Origin: Chiloscyllium plagiosum
Lineage: Eukaryota
NCBI RefSeq assembly: GCF_004010195.1
Contig: NC_057718.1
Location: 42,310,584-42,357,353 of the forward strand
Length of the DNA stretch: 46,770 bases
Direction of reading: 5' to 3'
Below, piece after piece: positions 12,563 to 23,624 of this stretch. How positions within the stretch are numbered: the first letter of the stretch is position 1; each line of letters begins with the position of its first letter. The notes beneath the pieces are model-generated. The model did no database searches, was not told where the DNA came from, and saw nothing but the letters and a program-made list of their open reading frames with translations. The position numbers and the translations under genes are program-made.

Positions 12563-12859
12563 TAAACCATATACAAAGGAGGCTGAGAGAGAAGGAGAAC
12601 CCAGGCTGAATGACAACCAGATTGTGATCTCTACTTCAGTGTGAATTCTGCCGAGGCCAGCTTGGAATGTGCCCCACCAAACTAGCACCAAGGCCAGTGC
12701 TAGCTAAACCCAATTCTTTTGCTTGGCCCCAGCTTCATTCCCTTTCCTGCTGATCAAGACTTGGGCCTTGTCTTATTCTCTCTCTAACCCTGTTTCTTTA
12801 ACCAACAAAAACACAAAAATACTTCCATTAGTTAATTATTAGACTAGTTTATTTTGAAA

Positions 12860-12980
12860 TTTCAACTCAAATGTCACCATCTACCACAGTGGGATTTGTA
12901 CCCATGTCCCCAGAGAATTAGCTTAGGTCTCTGGCTTACACATCCAGTGACAATATCACAACACAACTACCTCCCCACTG
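12860..12980 (-). mobile_element. tRNA-derived SINE head
   Basis: Minus strand reads GGGGAGGTAGTTGTGTTGTGATATTGTCACTGG...GGGTACAAATCCCAC (A/B-box-like), related to 33020-33298. Confidence 0.5.
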
Positions 12981-13399
12981 TTTCGCTGCTTGGTACTTTG
13001 AATCATCATTTTTATTAATTACTATTGGATTAAATTATCGATTTATTGGTTTTTTTCCTCCTGAAATTCATGTGTACTGTTGTGGAAATCCTTCTTTTTC
13101 TGAAATGATCTTCTTGGTTCCCCGAGCAAGAGAGGCTGAATTGTGACCCTGATGTGGAAAGGTTGGACAACACCACTTAATATATTATAGATTATACCTT
13201 TCTCAGCCACAGCAAAGAAAATGGTTCAGAACCTCCAATAGGGAGATGATAATGCTGAAGCATAGAGTTATATGTTAGCATCATGTAGAAGTCCTGACAC
13301 AGACGATTCTGCAGAAATTCCCCAGGAAAAAGAAACTCCCAATGGGCAATTACCTAGTCTCTGGAACACACTGACAAAGGCCACAACGCTGAGAATTTT

Positions 13400-13641
13400 T
13401 TAATTTTCTTGTGGGACATGGGCATCGCTGGCTGGCCAGCACTTATCACCTGTCCCTAGTTGCCTTTGAGAAGGTAGTGACTGCCTTCTTGAACTACTGC
13501 AGTCCATTTGCAGTAGATAGACACACAATGCTATTCGGTAGGGAGTTATAGGATTTCAACCTGGGAACAGTGATATATTTTCAGTTCAGGTTGGTGAGTT
13601 GCTTGGAAGTGAACTTGCAGGTAGTGGTGTTCCCATGTGTC
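13400..13641 (-). mobile_element. 3' end of the second CR1/L2-clade LINE family
   Basis: Reverse complement of 3170-3410 and similar to 6915-7160. Confidence 0.75.
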
Positions 13642-14579
13642 TGGATTCATATTCAGAGGATTGTGACATTCCTGAATAGCTCTAACTTGCTAATTGTAAA
13701 ACTGACCTTCCCAACTCATGACACTCAATCTTTTCCCCCGGTAACTCACAGCTAAGATCCGTATTCTGATCCCAGAAACATCTGACCCTCATTCCAAGAA
13801 CACTCAGCACGGCCCACCCACCTGACCCCAGATCTCCCACAGATACTAGACAGACACCAATCTGAGCCCTGACCTGTCCATTGACTCTCACTCCAAAAAC
13901 ACACTGACAACTTGCCACTTCCACACCTTCCCCCTACTCTCCACTTCACTGCAACAACCCAACTTCCTACACAGAATGACTTCCTACTTACCCCCACCAA
14001 ACACTCCACATTAATCCCTCCATCTAGCCTTACCAATCTGTCAGTTGTACCCCATCATCCATCTACTAGCTACCCCTCCCCCACATCCACCTGCCATATT
14101 ATTTCTCAATCACTTCTACCCCTCATTTACCAGATACCCCCATGAACCTACATGGATTGCTAGAGTGGACTGAATTGCTTCGACTGTCTCAGATCTTCAC
14201 CCAGAAAATGCCTCAAAAGGTAAGTGGGCAATATTTTGGCTGATCTGGGTTGGATTTCCTATTTTCAGCTCAAGTTGTAAGATCTATATTTAGTTATGTC
14301 ATCAGTTCTCTACAGATACAGCTATCAGCTTTTTGTTGTTTTGCAAGTATCTGCATAAAGGAACTGCCATAATAAAGCAACTATAAACTGCATAATAAAG
14401 CATAATAAATGTGTAAATCTGACAAGTTTCGTATCCAAAGAGAATAAACCATTATTAGTCTCAACTTTAGATTCATGAACATTGGATTGTCCAGAGTATT
14501 GCAGAAGTAATTTTTTAAATACAGCCCTCAAAGAAAAGTGCTAATTGAAGTTTGCACATAGTAGACTAGACTAGGGCAA

Positions 14580-14603
14580 ATTGTGGTTTACGTAAACCAC
14601 AAT
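14580..14603. repeat. Perfect 24-bp palindrome ATTGTGGTTTACGTAAACCACAAT
   Basis: Exactly self-reverse-complementary. Contains two inverted TGTGGTT motifs around TTACGTAA. Confidence 0.95.
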
Positions 14604-14789
14604 AGTCATCAGTTCAGTAAGGAAAAGGATGTTTCCCTTGCATTGTTTAGAAGATATTATTTACTATGCATATGATATATATGCATACCAACAAATAGAC
14701 TGGTATAGCCTGACCTCTTGCAATGCATTGTTCATATAAATGGTTTTCCTGAAAGAAGTGTAAACAGTAGAACTTATCTCATAATTAAG

Positions 14790-15005
14790 TGTGAGAAAGT
14801 GAGGACTGCAGATGCTAGAGCTTTATCAGAGTTGAGAGTGTGTTGCTGGGAAAGCATAGCAGGTCAGGCAGCATCCGAGGAGCAGAAGAATTGACATTTT
14901 GGACATTCAGTTTGATGGAGGGCTTATGCCCAAAACGTTGATTCTCCTGCTCCTCAGATGCTGCCTGACCTGCTGTGCTTTCCTAGCAACACACTCTCGA
15001 CTCTC
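14790..15005. mobile_element. Palindromic non-autonomous Penelope-terminal element
   Basis: Arms GAGAGTGTGTTGCTGGGAAAGCATAGCAGGTCAGGCAGCATC / GATGCTGCCTGACCTGCTGTGCTTTCCTAGCAACACACTCTC with a decayed hammerhead motif at 14912-14940. Confidence 0.8.
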
Positions 15006-15714
15006 ATGATTATGTGCTGGGTTCAGAAAGAATGGCATATTTTGGAGTTCTAAGGTCCAGTCATATTTCTGTCCTGAAGACATTAGTGGGCTGTATGTAC
15101 TTCACTTGCCTGGTAACTATGCTGTACCCTTAAAATCTGACTCCATTACGTATTTTTATCAGCAGTAAACAAGTCCAACCTAGTGAGACAACCTTCAAAA
15201 CCTGTATAGAGTGCACCAAAATAATTTGCTACTATAGGACACAAATAAAAAGATATTTGGATTTACTTCCTTCATGATTAGCAGATCTACCAGTAGTCAA
15301 CTAGTGTGTCTTTAAGAAACCAGTCTCTCTTTCTGATTCCTTCCTCCATGAAAATGCCTTAGGTCATTAGCCAACATTCCCATAGGCCCAAATTAATGCA
15401 TGTCCATCACCAAGTTGCCTCTGTGGCTACAACTGGCATTTACAATCATAACAAATGATTCTGTCTTTAGATACATGCATCATGTGTTACATCCAGAATA
15501 TACTCCAAAGTGGCCCTAGTAGAACTGTTAAGTCTCATTTTCCACTGTACATAATCATTTGCATAAAATTGAAGTATTTTATTTTGAAACTTAAATGTGA
15601 CATTACATTATTACTTTACTGAACTGATAACACACTACAATTAATGCTCAAGAATAGCAACAACTATATACTGCATACAAATGTATACAAGAGGTATTAA
15701 AGATAATGACTTAC

Positions 15715-15863
15715 ATATCATCATGTATACGATTTCTCCATTCTTCTCTTTTCATTTCCTCTCTGGCCTCCTTCTCCGACATGATTGATGTTGCCACCCG
15801 CAAGGTTGGCTCCAAAGGCTTGTAGCGCAGTTGCAATACTTCAGCAGTATCGCGGAAGGGACC
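15715..15863 (-). CDS. SPATA17: Internal coding exon of spermatogenesis-associated protein 17
   Basis: 149-bp exon with acceptor ttaccttatcctgtacctgtcAG and donor GTAAGT. Translates to GPFRDTAEVLQLRYKPLEPTLRVATSIMSEKEAREEMKREEWRNRIHDD, matching from memory human SPATA17 GPFRDITEVLEQRYRPLEPTLRVAEPIDELKLAREELRREEW. Not in the ORF track. Confidence 0.93.
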
Positions 15864-16354
15864 CTGACAGGTACAGGATAAGGTAAATGTTTTATTGTCA
15901 TGTTTTTTGACACATTATTGATGACTGAGAAACCTGCACGTCTGTGTAAGTGCTGCCAGCTTCTCTATTGTAAATTATTTATAAAAGTAATACCTTTTGA
16001 TATACAGTCACAAAGAACATTGAAAGTTGATAACATTTTGTTGATAGATGAGAATTCAAAAGTGTCCAGAGCTGGGAAAAGCAGTTTGATTTTGAAACTG
16101 TTAATCAATATCATTTTGAGTTATAAATGCTTCCCAGCATATTGCAGAATGAAAAATTGGACTCAGACATTGTTAACCCTTTATAATTTACATCCTAATT
16201 GTTGTTCAATGTGTCTCTCATCACTAAGCACAATTTTCAGAGTCACCATTGATGCTTTATCATGATGAGTCAATAGGATGCACTAATCTAGGGGGATCAG
16301 AGGGCAAAGTCAGATTTCCTTCCATACCACAACTTACAACACATTGGTGATTTT

Positions 16355-16612
16355 CATAGAAATATAGAAACCATTCAACCAACAGCATTTGCACTAACTC
16401 TTTCAAAACGAAGTTGTGTTTAATCCCATGCCTGACCTTCTGTTCCTAAATCTGTAAATTTCATAAGATCAACTGTCTGTTCAAACCTATTTCAAAATTA
16501 TTCATGGAATTAACTTCCACCAATTTTGGAATTACAGCATTCCAAGCTCTTACAACTCTCAGTGAAAAATGATTCTCATCTTCCCTCTGGACCTTTAGCC
16601 TACAATGTTCAA
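16355..16612 (-). mobile_element. Old CR1 3' end
   Basis: Begins CATAGAAATATAGAAACCATTC (reverse tail), with CAGCATTCCAAGCTCTTACAACTCTC. Confidence 0.55.
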
Positions 16613-16617
16613 TCCAC

Positions 16618-17300
16618 GGGTTAAATTTACTGTCTTGCTCTGTTGCCTTTTGCCTTCACCCCAACTAAGTCTGTGTTGGGAAGGCCAGATGGCCTAGCTG
16701 TCCTTTCATCAATTCAGATCCTTGTGGACGAATAATGCCACTTAAAGGCCTCATCACATTGCCCAGTGCAGTTAACGTACGGAAGGTGAGGGCTTTCCAA
16801 TCAGGGGGATAATGGGCAAGTCTGTGAGAATAATTACTACTGCGTTTCCAAGGAGTTACTTGTTCAAAAGAACTCAGTGAATGATCAAGAGATCAGGCAT
16901 TAGAAAATAAGAAGGTGCCCACTAAGAGCTGTTCTTGTTGTCAAACATCCTCCTACCACTCCCTTGTAAACCCATTTTGTATTTTCCTCCTACCATCACT
17001 CACTTATGGCCTAAGATTTAGTACTAGATAATAGATTTTGGATGGCTGTCATCCTGACAGCAGCCATTGTTTCCCTGGTGCACTGCAGAAGGTAGTTACT
17101 GTCCAGGTAAGTGTCTGAGTGGTACTAAAAGTGATGAGTCTTCCTCAAAAGAAGATAGTGGAGACTGAATAAAGACCTTTAACACTGTCTGATGGCGGTT
17201 GCTATGTACCTTTAGATTCGTATTGACACTTTGTTGCCCTGGTCCTTGATTCTTTAGTGTAACCCAAGCATCCCATTTCAGGCAATATGGGGCTCTCTCG
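16618..17300. mobile_element. Possible decayed Harbinger-type MITE
   Basis: Starts GGGTTAAATTTAC (TIR-like) and the interior resembles 3655-4230 in style. Right end not resolved. Confidence 0.3.
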
Positions 17301-18141
17301 CCACCTGTTGAGCTAACTATGAGATCTCTGTCACCTCTTTAAATACCAACCAAATGACTTTAGCTACTAATCCACTCAACAGATGGATGTGTTGTCACTA
17401 TATGCTCAATCAAAACAGAGGACAACAGTCATAACATTTCCAACCATTTTCTTATAATTAAAATTTCTCATCACTGGAAACATCTTGGAAAGACTCCATT
17501 GTACTCATTCAGAGGTCTTGTCATCTTTCCTGAAATGTGGTTCTCAAAACTGACCACATTACATTAGCCGAGGTACAATTAATGAATTATAAAGATCTAG
17601 TACAATTTCTTTTATATTCTATTTCTCTATTTATAAATCCCAATGATTCTTTTAAAACCATCTTTTCTTGTCCTATTACCTTTAAGGATTTGTGTATATG
17701 ACCGCCAAGATATCCCTGATCATTAAGAACTTTCAATTTGTGCCATTTATGGGATACATTCCTTTTCAAGTTACATCTTCCCACTTCACTTCACACTTCT
17801 CTGCACTCAATTCAAATCACCACAGTTTTGACCATTTCACTATCTTCTCTATATCGCCTTGAAACCTATAATTATTATCTTGGCTACATACCAAGTGGAA
17901 AAGTTTCACAACATCTGGAAATTTTATAATGCATTGCACTATACCCAAGTCTAGGTCATTTATAAACCTTCAAAAGGTCAATGGACTCAAAACTGATCCT
18001 TGGGAAACACCACACCAAACTACCTCTTAATTGGAAAACCATTCATCCAGCACCACTATCACACTTTGCTCCCTGTCACTGAGCTAATTTTGTATCCAAA
18101 CCATTACTTCCTCTTGAGTTGCCTGGGCTTCAATCCCCTTC

Positions 18142-18237
18142 TGATTCCTGAAGAAGGGCTCATGCCCGAAACGTCGATTCTCCTGCTCCTTGGATGCTGC
18201 CTGACCTGCTGCGCTTTTCTAGCAACACATTTTCAGT
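18142..18237 (+). mobile_element. 96-bp Penelope-terminal insert with 13-bp TSD
   Basis: TTCAATCCCCTTC at 18129-18141 and 18238-18250. Confidence 0.85.
18144..18180 (+). ncRNA. Minimal (PLE-type) hammerhead ribozyme motif, complete core
   Basis: CTGAAGA(18148-54)-A-GGGC-TCAT-GCCC-GAAACGTC(18168-75). Palindromic ACGT helix III, with putative cleavage after C18175. Helix I is weak. Confidence 0.7.
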
Positions 18238-18315
18238 TTCAATCCCCTTCAGCCTTCAATGTGGCATTTTGTCAAATGCCTAATGAAAACCCACATATAC
18301 AATAATTTCTATCCT

Positions 18316-18440
18316 GCCTAGATGAAGGAGTGGTGCTCCGAAAGCTAGTGCTTCCAAATAAACCTGTTGAACTATAACTTGGTGTTGTGCGATTTTTAAC
18401 TTTGTCCATCCCAGTCCAACAACGGCACCTCCAAGTCATA
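18316..18440 (+). mobile_element. Terminal repeat of a second Penelope-like family with hammerhead motif
   Basis: CT(A)GATGA-A-GGAG-TGGTG-CTCC-GAAAGCTA followed by AATAAACCTGTTG. Confidence 0.65.
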
Positions 18441-19491
18441 GACCAACATTCTCTGTTATGTCATCAAAGAGTTCAGACAAGTCAGTCAGAGATTATTTAC
18501 CTTTAAAAGTTTCATGCTGGTTTTTCCAAATGCAAGTTTATTTTATTTCAGATAATGCTTTCTAATAATTTCCTCACCATCAACGTTAGGCTGACTGGCC
18601 TTAGTTTCCCAATATATTCCTTCTCCCTTTGTAGAGCAATGATGTAACATTAACTCTCCCAGTTTTTCCATCACTTCTACATCTTACAAGGTTTGAAAAA
18701 TTGTGATCAATACCTCTGCCATCTCTACTTTTATTTATTTCAGCAACTTTAGATGCATTCTATCTGAACTAGGTTAGTTGCCAATTTCCAGTAGAGGTTA
18801 AGCATTTTAGATAATTCTCCCCATCTATTATTATCCCAACTATAACTGCCCTCTCCACTTTTAATATAATCATCATTATCTTTGAAGATAATGATACCTA
18901 TCAATGTAATACTTTATCCATGCCCTGTAACTTAATATAAAGTTTTCCTTTTGACTCCTTAATAGGCTTAACTACTTATGCACACACATATATAAAATAT
19001 TTAAGGATCCAACTTAATATTGCCCTTTTTATCTTATGACCTTTTGTCTTTTGTAAAATTCCTTTATTGCTAGTTTCCAAATCTTCCAGATTATAAAATG
19101 AATTTTGCTTTTGGAATCTGTCAAAGTGTCCCTTTTCTATTTTACTTTAACTTTTTTATTTCTTTTTTTCTATCTATGCTCTTTGACTGATATAGATCTT
19201 TATATTTGGTAATCATAATATTTTGCTAGGAAGGGAATTAGTGCTAATAAAACTACAATAAAATGCTTTCAATGAAATTGATCACTGCTCAGACCCTAGG
19301 TTTGAAGGCGTTGCGAACACTATAAACCAATAGCTAAACATTTCATTCCCAAGCTTACAAGTACAAAAAAGTTTATTGTTTTGTTCACAGATTTGAATTA
19401 CTGAACTGAATTGAATGGCTGTTATATAAATTGACATACCAAACACACACAGATTAAAAAAAAAACTTTTGTTTGTTACAAACTTTGTAAT

Positions 19492-19963
19492 ATTGTTGCC
19501 AGGGTTGGAGGATCTGAGCTACATGGAGAGGCTGAACAGGCTGGGGCTGTTTTCCAAGGAGGGTCGGAGACTGAGGAGTGACCTTATAGAGGTTTACAAA
19601 ATTATGAGAGGCATGGATAGGATAAATAGGCAAATCTTTTCCCTGGGGTCAGGGAGTCCAGAACTAAAGGGCATAGTTTTAGGGTGAGAGGGGAAAAATA
19701 TAAAAGAGACCTAAGGGGCAACTTTTTCATGCAGAGGGTGGTACGTGTATGGAATGAGCTGCCAGAGGATATGGTGGAGGCTGGTACAATTGCAACATTT
19801 AAGAGGCATTTGGATGGGTATATGAATAGTAAGGGTTTGGAGGGATATGGGCTGGGTGCTGGCAGTTGGGACTAGATTATGTTGGGATATCTGGTCGGCG
19901 TGGACGGGTTGGACCGAAGGGTCTGTTTCCATGCTGTACATCTCTATGACTATGACTCTATGT
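19492..19963 (+). mobile_element. Young CR1 3' end
   Basis: LPGLEDLSYMERLNRLGLFS..RRLRSDLIEVYKIMRG, RVVRVWNELPE..TFKRHLDGYM and a CTCTATGACTATGACTCTATG tail. Confidence 0.92.
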
Positions 19964-20296
19964 CATTTTAATTTCCTTACTTCAGTTGAGAAGCTAGAAC
20001 CAAACTTGAACAAAATAGGATGGGGAGTGAAGGTGGAAATAAAGCATTAGCAAATTTCAGTAGGTTTATTAGGGAACAAGTACATAAGAAGAATAAAGAA
20101 AAAACTATAAAATATATAGTGTTAAATATTTTCAAAAACTGTGCAGCAATTTTGAAACATGAAATGAAAGACACAAAAGCATTTTATATTGTTGTGATCC
20201 CCATGGAGATCAACAAACCAAAAGAACGGAATTTACCAAATGATCCCATGAAAGAAACAACCATAAGACTTCACCTTGTTACAACTTTTTACTTTC

Positions 20297-20520
20297 AAGT
20301 CAAAGTGTGGCGCTGGAAAAGCACAGCAAGTCAGGCACCATCTGAGGAGCAGGAGTGTCGAGGTTTTGGGCATAAATCTTTCATCAACATTCCTGATGAA
20401 GGGCTTATGCAAGAAACATAGACTCTCACTTTCATTGGATGCTACCTGACTTGCTGTGCTTTACCAGCGCCACACTTTTCGACTCTGACTCTTCAGCATC
20501 TGCAGTCCTCACTTCCTCTC
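20297..20520. mobile_element. Palindromic Penelope-terminal element with back-to-back hammerhead remnants
   Basis: Inverted arms AAAGTGTGGCGCTGGAAAAGCACAGCAAGTCAGG / CCTGACTTGCTGTGCTTTACCAGCGCCACACTTT around the centre TTCATCAACATTCCTGATGAAGGGC. Near-TSD AACTTTT(T)ACT. Confidence 0.82.
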
Positions 20521-21642
20521 ATAACTTTTACTGTAATAATCAAATCAAAATTAGTGTAAATTGGACATAAATTATTTGGCAAATTACTGTCCGTACAAAT
20601 TATAAATGACTCATTACATAGCAAAGACATGTCATGCCTCACCAGTACAGTATACCAGAAACAAAGCTATTCTCAGTCACCACAAAAGTTAAAGATTTTA
20701 AAAGTATGCAGAGCTCCCCAATTTACCTAACTTTTAAACCCAGGTTGACAAAAATACAGACCAGGTTCCTGTACTCAACTAAAAAAAATTATTTATTACA
20801 AGTAATTAGTTTCTAGCTACAGTTAAAGGACCACTGGCATATAACTCTTCTAATTAAAACTTTAATTCCTGTAAATAATTCACCCTTACACACATACAAG
20901 TAGCCACAGACAGGGAAAAAAATGGATGCTATGAATGGAAGGAAAACTGGAAAGCAGTTCTGTTGTCTCTAATCGTAGGATTTACTGAAATGGTTCTTGT
21001 ATTGGTCAGAATGCTGATTCTTGGTTTTCTTTCTCTGGATGCTTTCACAGCTTTCAGCAACTGTTGAAAGAAAGATTAAACTGGTTTTCTTCAGGCTTAA
21101 TGGGCTTTTACAGCTGAGAACAAAGAAAACTCCTGAACTGGTGTACATTTGATATTGTCCTCCTACCTTGTTCATGGATCCAAGGTGTTCAGCTACCTGA
21201 GAACCAATCACATAGTTGTTGGCACGTAGAAGGCCTTTTGTCATTGACAACTGGTCACTAGACCAAATACCAATCAGCTACTTCTACCAACCATAGTTCC
21301 ATCTGTACACAATCCCTTGACGCCAGCTTGTCTGCAACCACTGCTCGAACAAGCAGCTATGTAAACAGTGTTTACAATGAGTGTCAAGTTACTCAACTTT
21401 TAAAACATACAGCAATCCTTGGTTTTAAAATATATCTTTTTTTATTCCAGTCTGCCTTTAAAAATAAAGGATAAACTGAAAGACATGGTCTTCACACCCA
21501 ACAAAGATAGATCACTTAGACTTATTAATTCAGCAACAATTTCAGCCACATTGTCCTTCAAACCTCTGACCTTACTTTGGTAGAATTTCAACTCCATTCC
21601 TTCAACAATTTAGTAACCAATTCTTATCACATTCAATCTACA

Positions 21643-21880
21643 AACATATAAATTAGAAGCAGATGTAGGCCTTGAGCCTACTGTGCCATTAAATAAGACG
21701 TGGCTAATCTGATCATCCATGCAATAACATTCACACCCTTGTTTATAAGAATCTGTCTAATTCTGCTTAAAAATATTCAAAGACTATTTCTATTACCTTT
21801 CAAAGAAGAAGTTCACAGGCACAGGATCCTCAATGAAAAAGAAGATATCATCTCTGTCTTAAATGGGCAACCACAGGTAC
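21643..21880 (-). mobile_element. Old CR1 3' end
   Basis: AACATATAAATTAGAAGCAGATGTAGGCC reverse tail, similar to 23625-23900. Confidence 0.65.
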
Positions 21881-22143
21881 TATCTTCAACTAAATGACAT
21901 ACCTCTCCAGAACATTCTCATTTCTGCTCCCAATGATCCTAGTTGTGCGGATGCACAAAAATCAGTTTTACCCGAACTGTTAACAATGACTGTATGCACT
22001 TTGTGGTCAATTCTGAATTTAAATTATTTCAATGTAACAGAAATAGCTTCAACAATCTTGTATATGTTTATTATTGTTTTCAACTCCAGCTTTTAAATTA
22101 ACCATTTTCAACTGTATCATCAATTTGCACTCCCCCAATTAGT

Positions 22144-22368
22144 GGGTGGCACGGTGGCACAGTGGTTAGCACTGCTGCCTCACCGGTTTCCTCCCACAGT
22201 CCAAAGATGTGCAGGGTCAGGTGAATTGGCCATGCTAAATTGCCCATAGTGTTAGGTAAGGGGTAAATGTAGGGGTATGGGTGGGTTTCGCTTCGGCGGG
22301 TCGGTGTAGACTTGTTGGGCCGAAGGGCCTGTTTCCACACTGTAATCTAATCTAATCTAAATCTAAAT
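22144..22368 (+). mobile_element. HE1-like V-SINE with internal deletion
   Basis: GGCACGGTGGCACAGTGGTTAGCACTGCTGCCTCAC head joined to CGGTTTCCTCCCACAGTCCAAAGATGTGCAGG (V-domain), with a (TAATC)n tail. Confidence 0.85.
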
Positions 22369-23067
22369 CATCCAGTCACATGGTTTTATTTTGTGTTCCA
22401 TGCCTGGGTCATGGAATCCCTAGTTTTCACACCGCTTTGTGTAAAAATAGGACCTGTGACATCTCTAAATTCTGACTTCTGAATTAATCCTCCAAGAGGA
22501 ACCTGAGGAAATGGCTGCATCTTTTTTATCTGTGTCATCAGACCCCTTGAACCATAAAGCAGAGATTATGACACACAAAGGCCCAGAGTCCTACAAAATG
22601 TTAAAATGGCCTTCAAACCTCCATCTGATCCAACTGGCAAATTCAGGCAGCAACTGGCAATCCTTGTAAAACATCAAAGTGGTACTTAGTGGGAAATCCC
22701 TGTCAGCTATTACAGCATATGTATCTACGCCTCTCCATTTCTGTAAAGCAACCGAAATCCTTGGATTCCATTGTAATGTGCACTATGTTAAAATTCCTAA
22801 ATCATTTTCCATATTGAAATAAAGAACAGTAGTAAATAAAGATTTTTAAATTGTTGACTATAATATGTATAATGCACATTCTCATTCCATACTGAATTTA
22901 TGTTGCCAGTCGCATTAGTTACAACATACTGTGTTTGTCCAGAGATACCAACCAGAAAAAGACACTGGCCTATTTTCTACAGTGATTGAGGCATAGAATT
23001 GACAAAAAGCCTTTCTCAGGTCCTCTTTCAATATTGGATCATGACTGACTGTAATATGCAATGTGGG

Positions 23068-23392
23068 TCAGAAAGTGGGGCGCTGGAAAAGCACGGTTGG
23101 TCAGGCAGTATCTAAGGAGCAGGAGAGTCGACATTTCGAGCAAAAGCTCTTACTCAGGAATGTAGCCGGGGCCCAAGAGGCCTCAGAGATAATGGGAGGG
23201 GGGTGGGGCTGGGGCAGGTAGCTAGGAATGTGATAGGTATATGAGGTTGGGGGGTGATGGTGATAGGTTGGAGCAAATAGGTGGGAAGGAAGATGGATCG
23301 ATAGGATAGTTCAAAGGGGCAGTGCTGAGTTGGAGGGTTGGACCTGGGAAAAGGTGGGAATAGGGGAGCTGAGGAAGCTGGTGAAATTGACA
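23068..23392 (-). mobile_element. Penelope 3'/terminal fragment with hammerhead remnant
   Basis: Co-linear with 11025-11415. Minus strand reads CTGAGTA-A-GAGC-TTTT-GCTC-GAAATGTC at 23157-23130. Confidence 0.8.
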
Positions 23393-23624
23393 GCAGTTTT
23401 CTCAAGCAAACAGGAGCCCAATCAATACATTTTAAAGTGGTCACTGGAAGATATCAGCAAAGTAACTGATACAATTCAGTTAACTCAATGTGGAATCAGA
23501 AAGTAAGTTCATCCCCTGGTGTCACTTAAACATTATACCTCACTGTTCACGCCTTAATTTCCTCCTCACCTTTCTTTTCTAAATAACCCAGCTGATAGTA
23601 TTTTCATCAGCTTTTATATATGAT

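Larger units (their letters stand above)
17460..18840 (-). mobile_element. Highly decayed CR1 ORF2 (RT region) with nested Penelope-terminal inserts
   Basis: Minus strand GYLGGHIHKSLKVIGQ..LGFINREIEYK (ORF 17587-17784). Reverse strand also shows GVSQGSVLSP-like and RPVSLTL-like segments. Confidence 0.7.

Noticed and set aside
13198..13293. AG/GT-bounded 96-bp open segment on the minus strand (DFYMMLTYNS...WLRK) as the next SPATA17 exon
   Set aside because: Wrong phase, weak splice sites and no resemblance to the expected FLPFS..KY..WI segment
13690..14290. C-rich block and its ORFs
   Set aside because: Low-complexity decayed repeat interior with no protein motif, and the family is not assignable
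14665..14687. TATGCATAT...ATATGCATA hairpin
   Set aside because: Short AT-rich low-complexity sequence, expected by chance
20930..21062. Strong-looking minus-strand acceptor (ctttctttcaacAG)
   Set aside because: No frame resembles the expected upstream SPATA17 exon, and the frames I read stop before any donor
22144..22190. tRNA gene
   Set aside because: It is a SINE head (A-box only) fused to a V-domain and cannot form a cloverleaf
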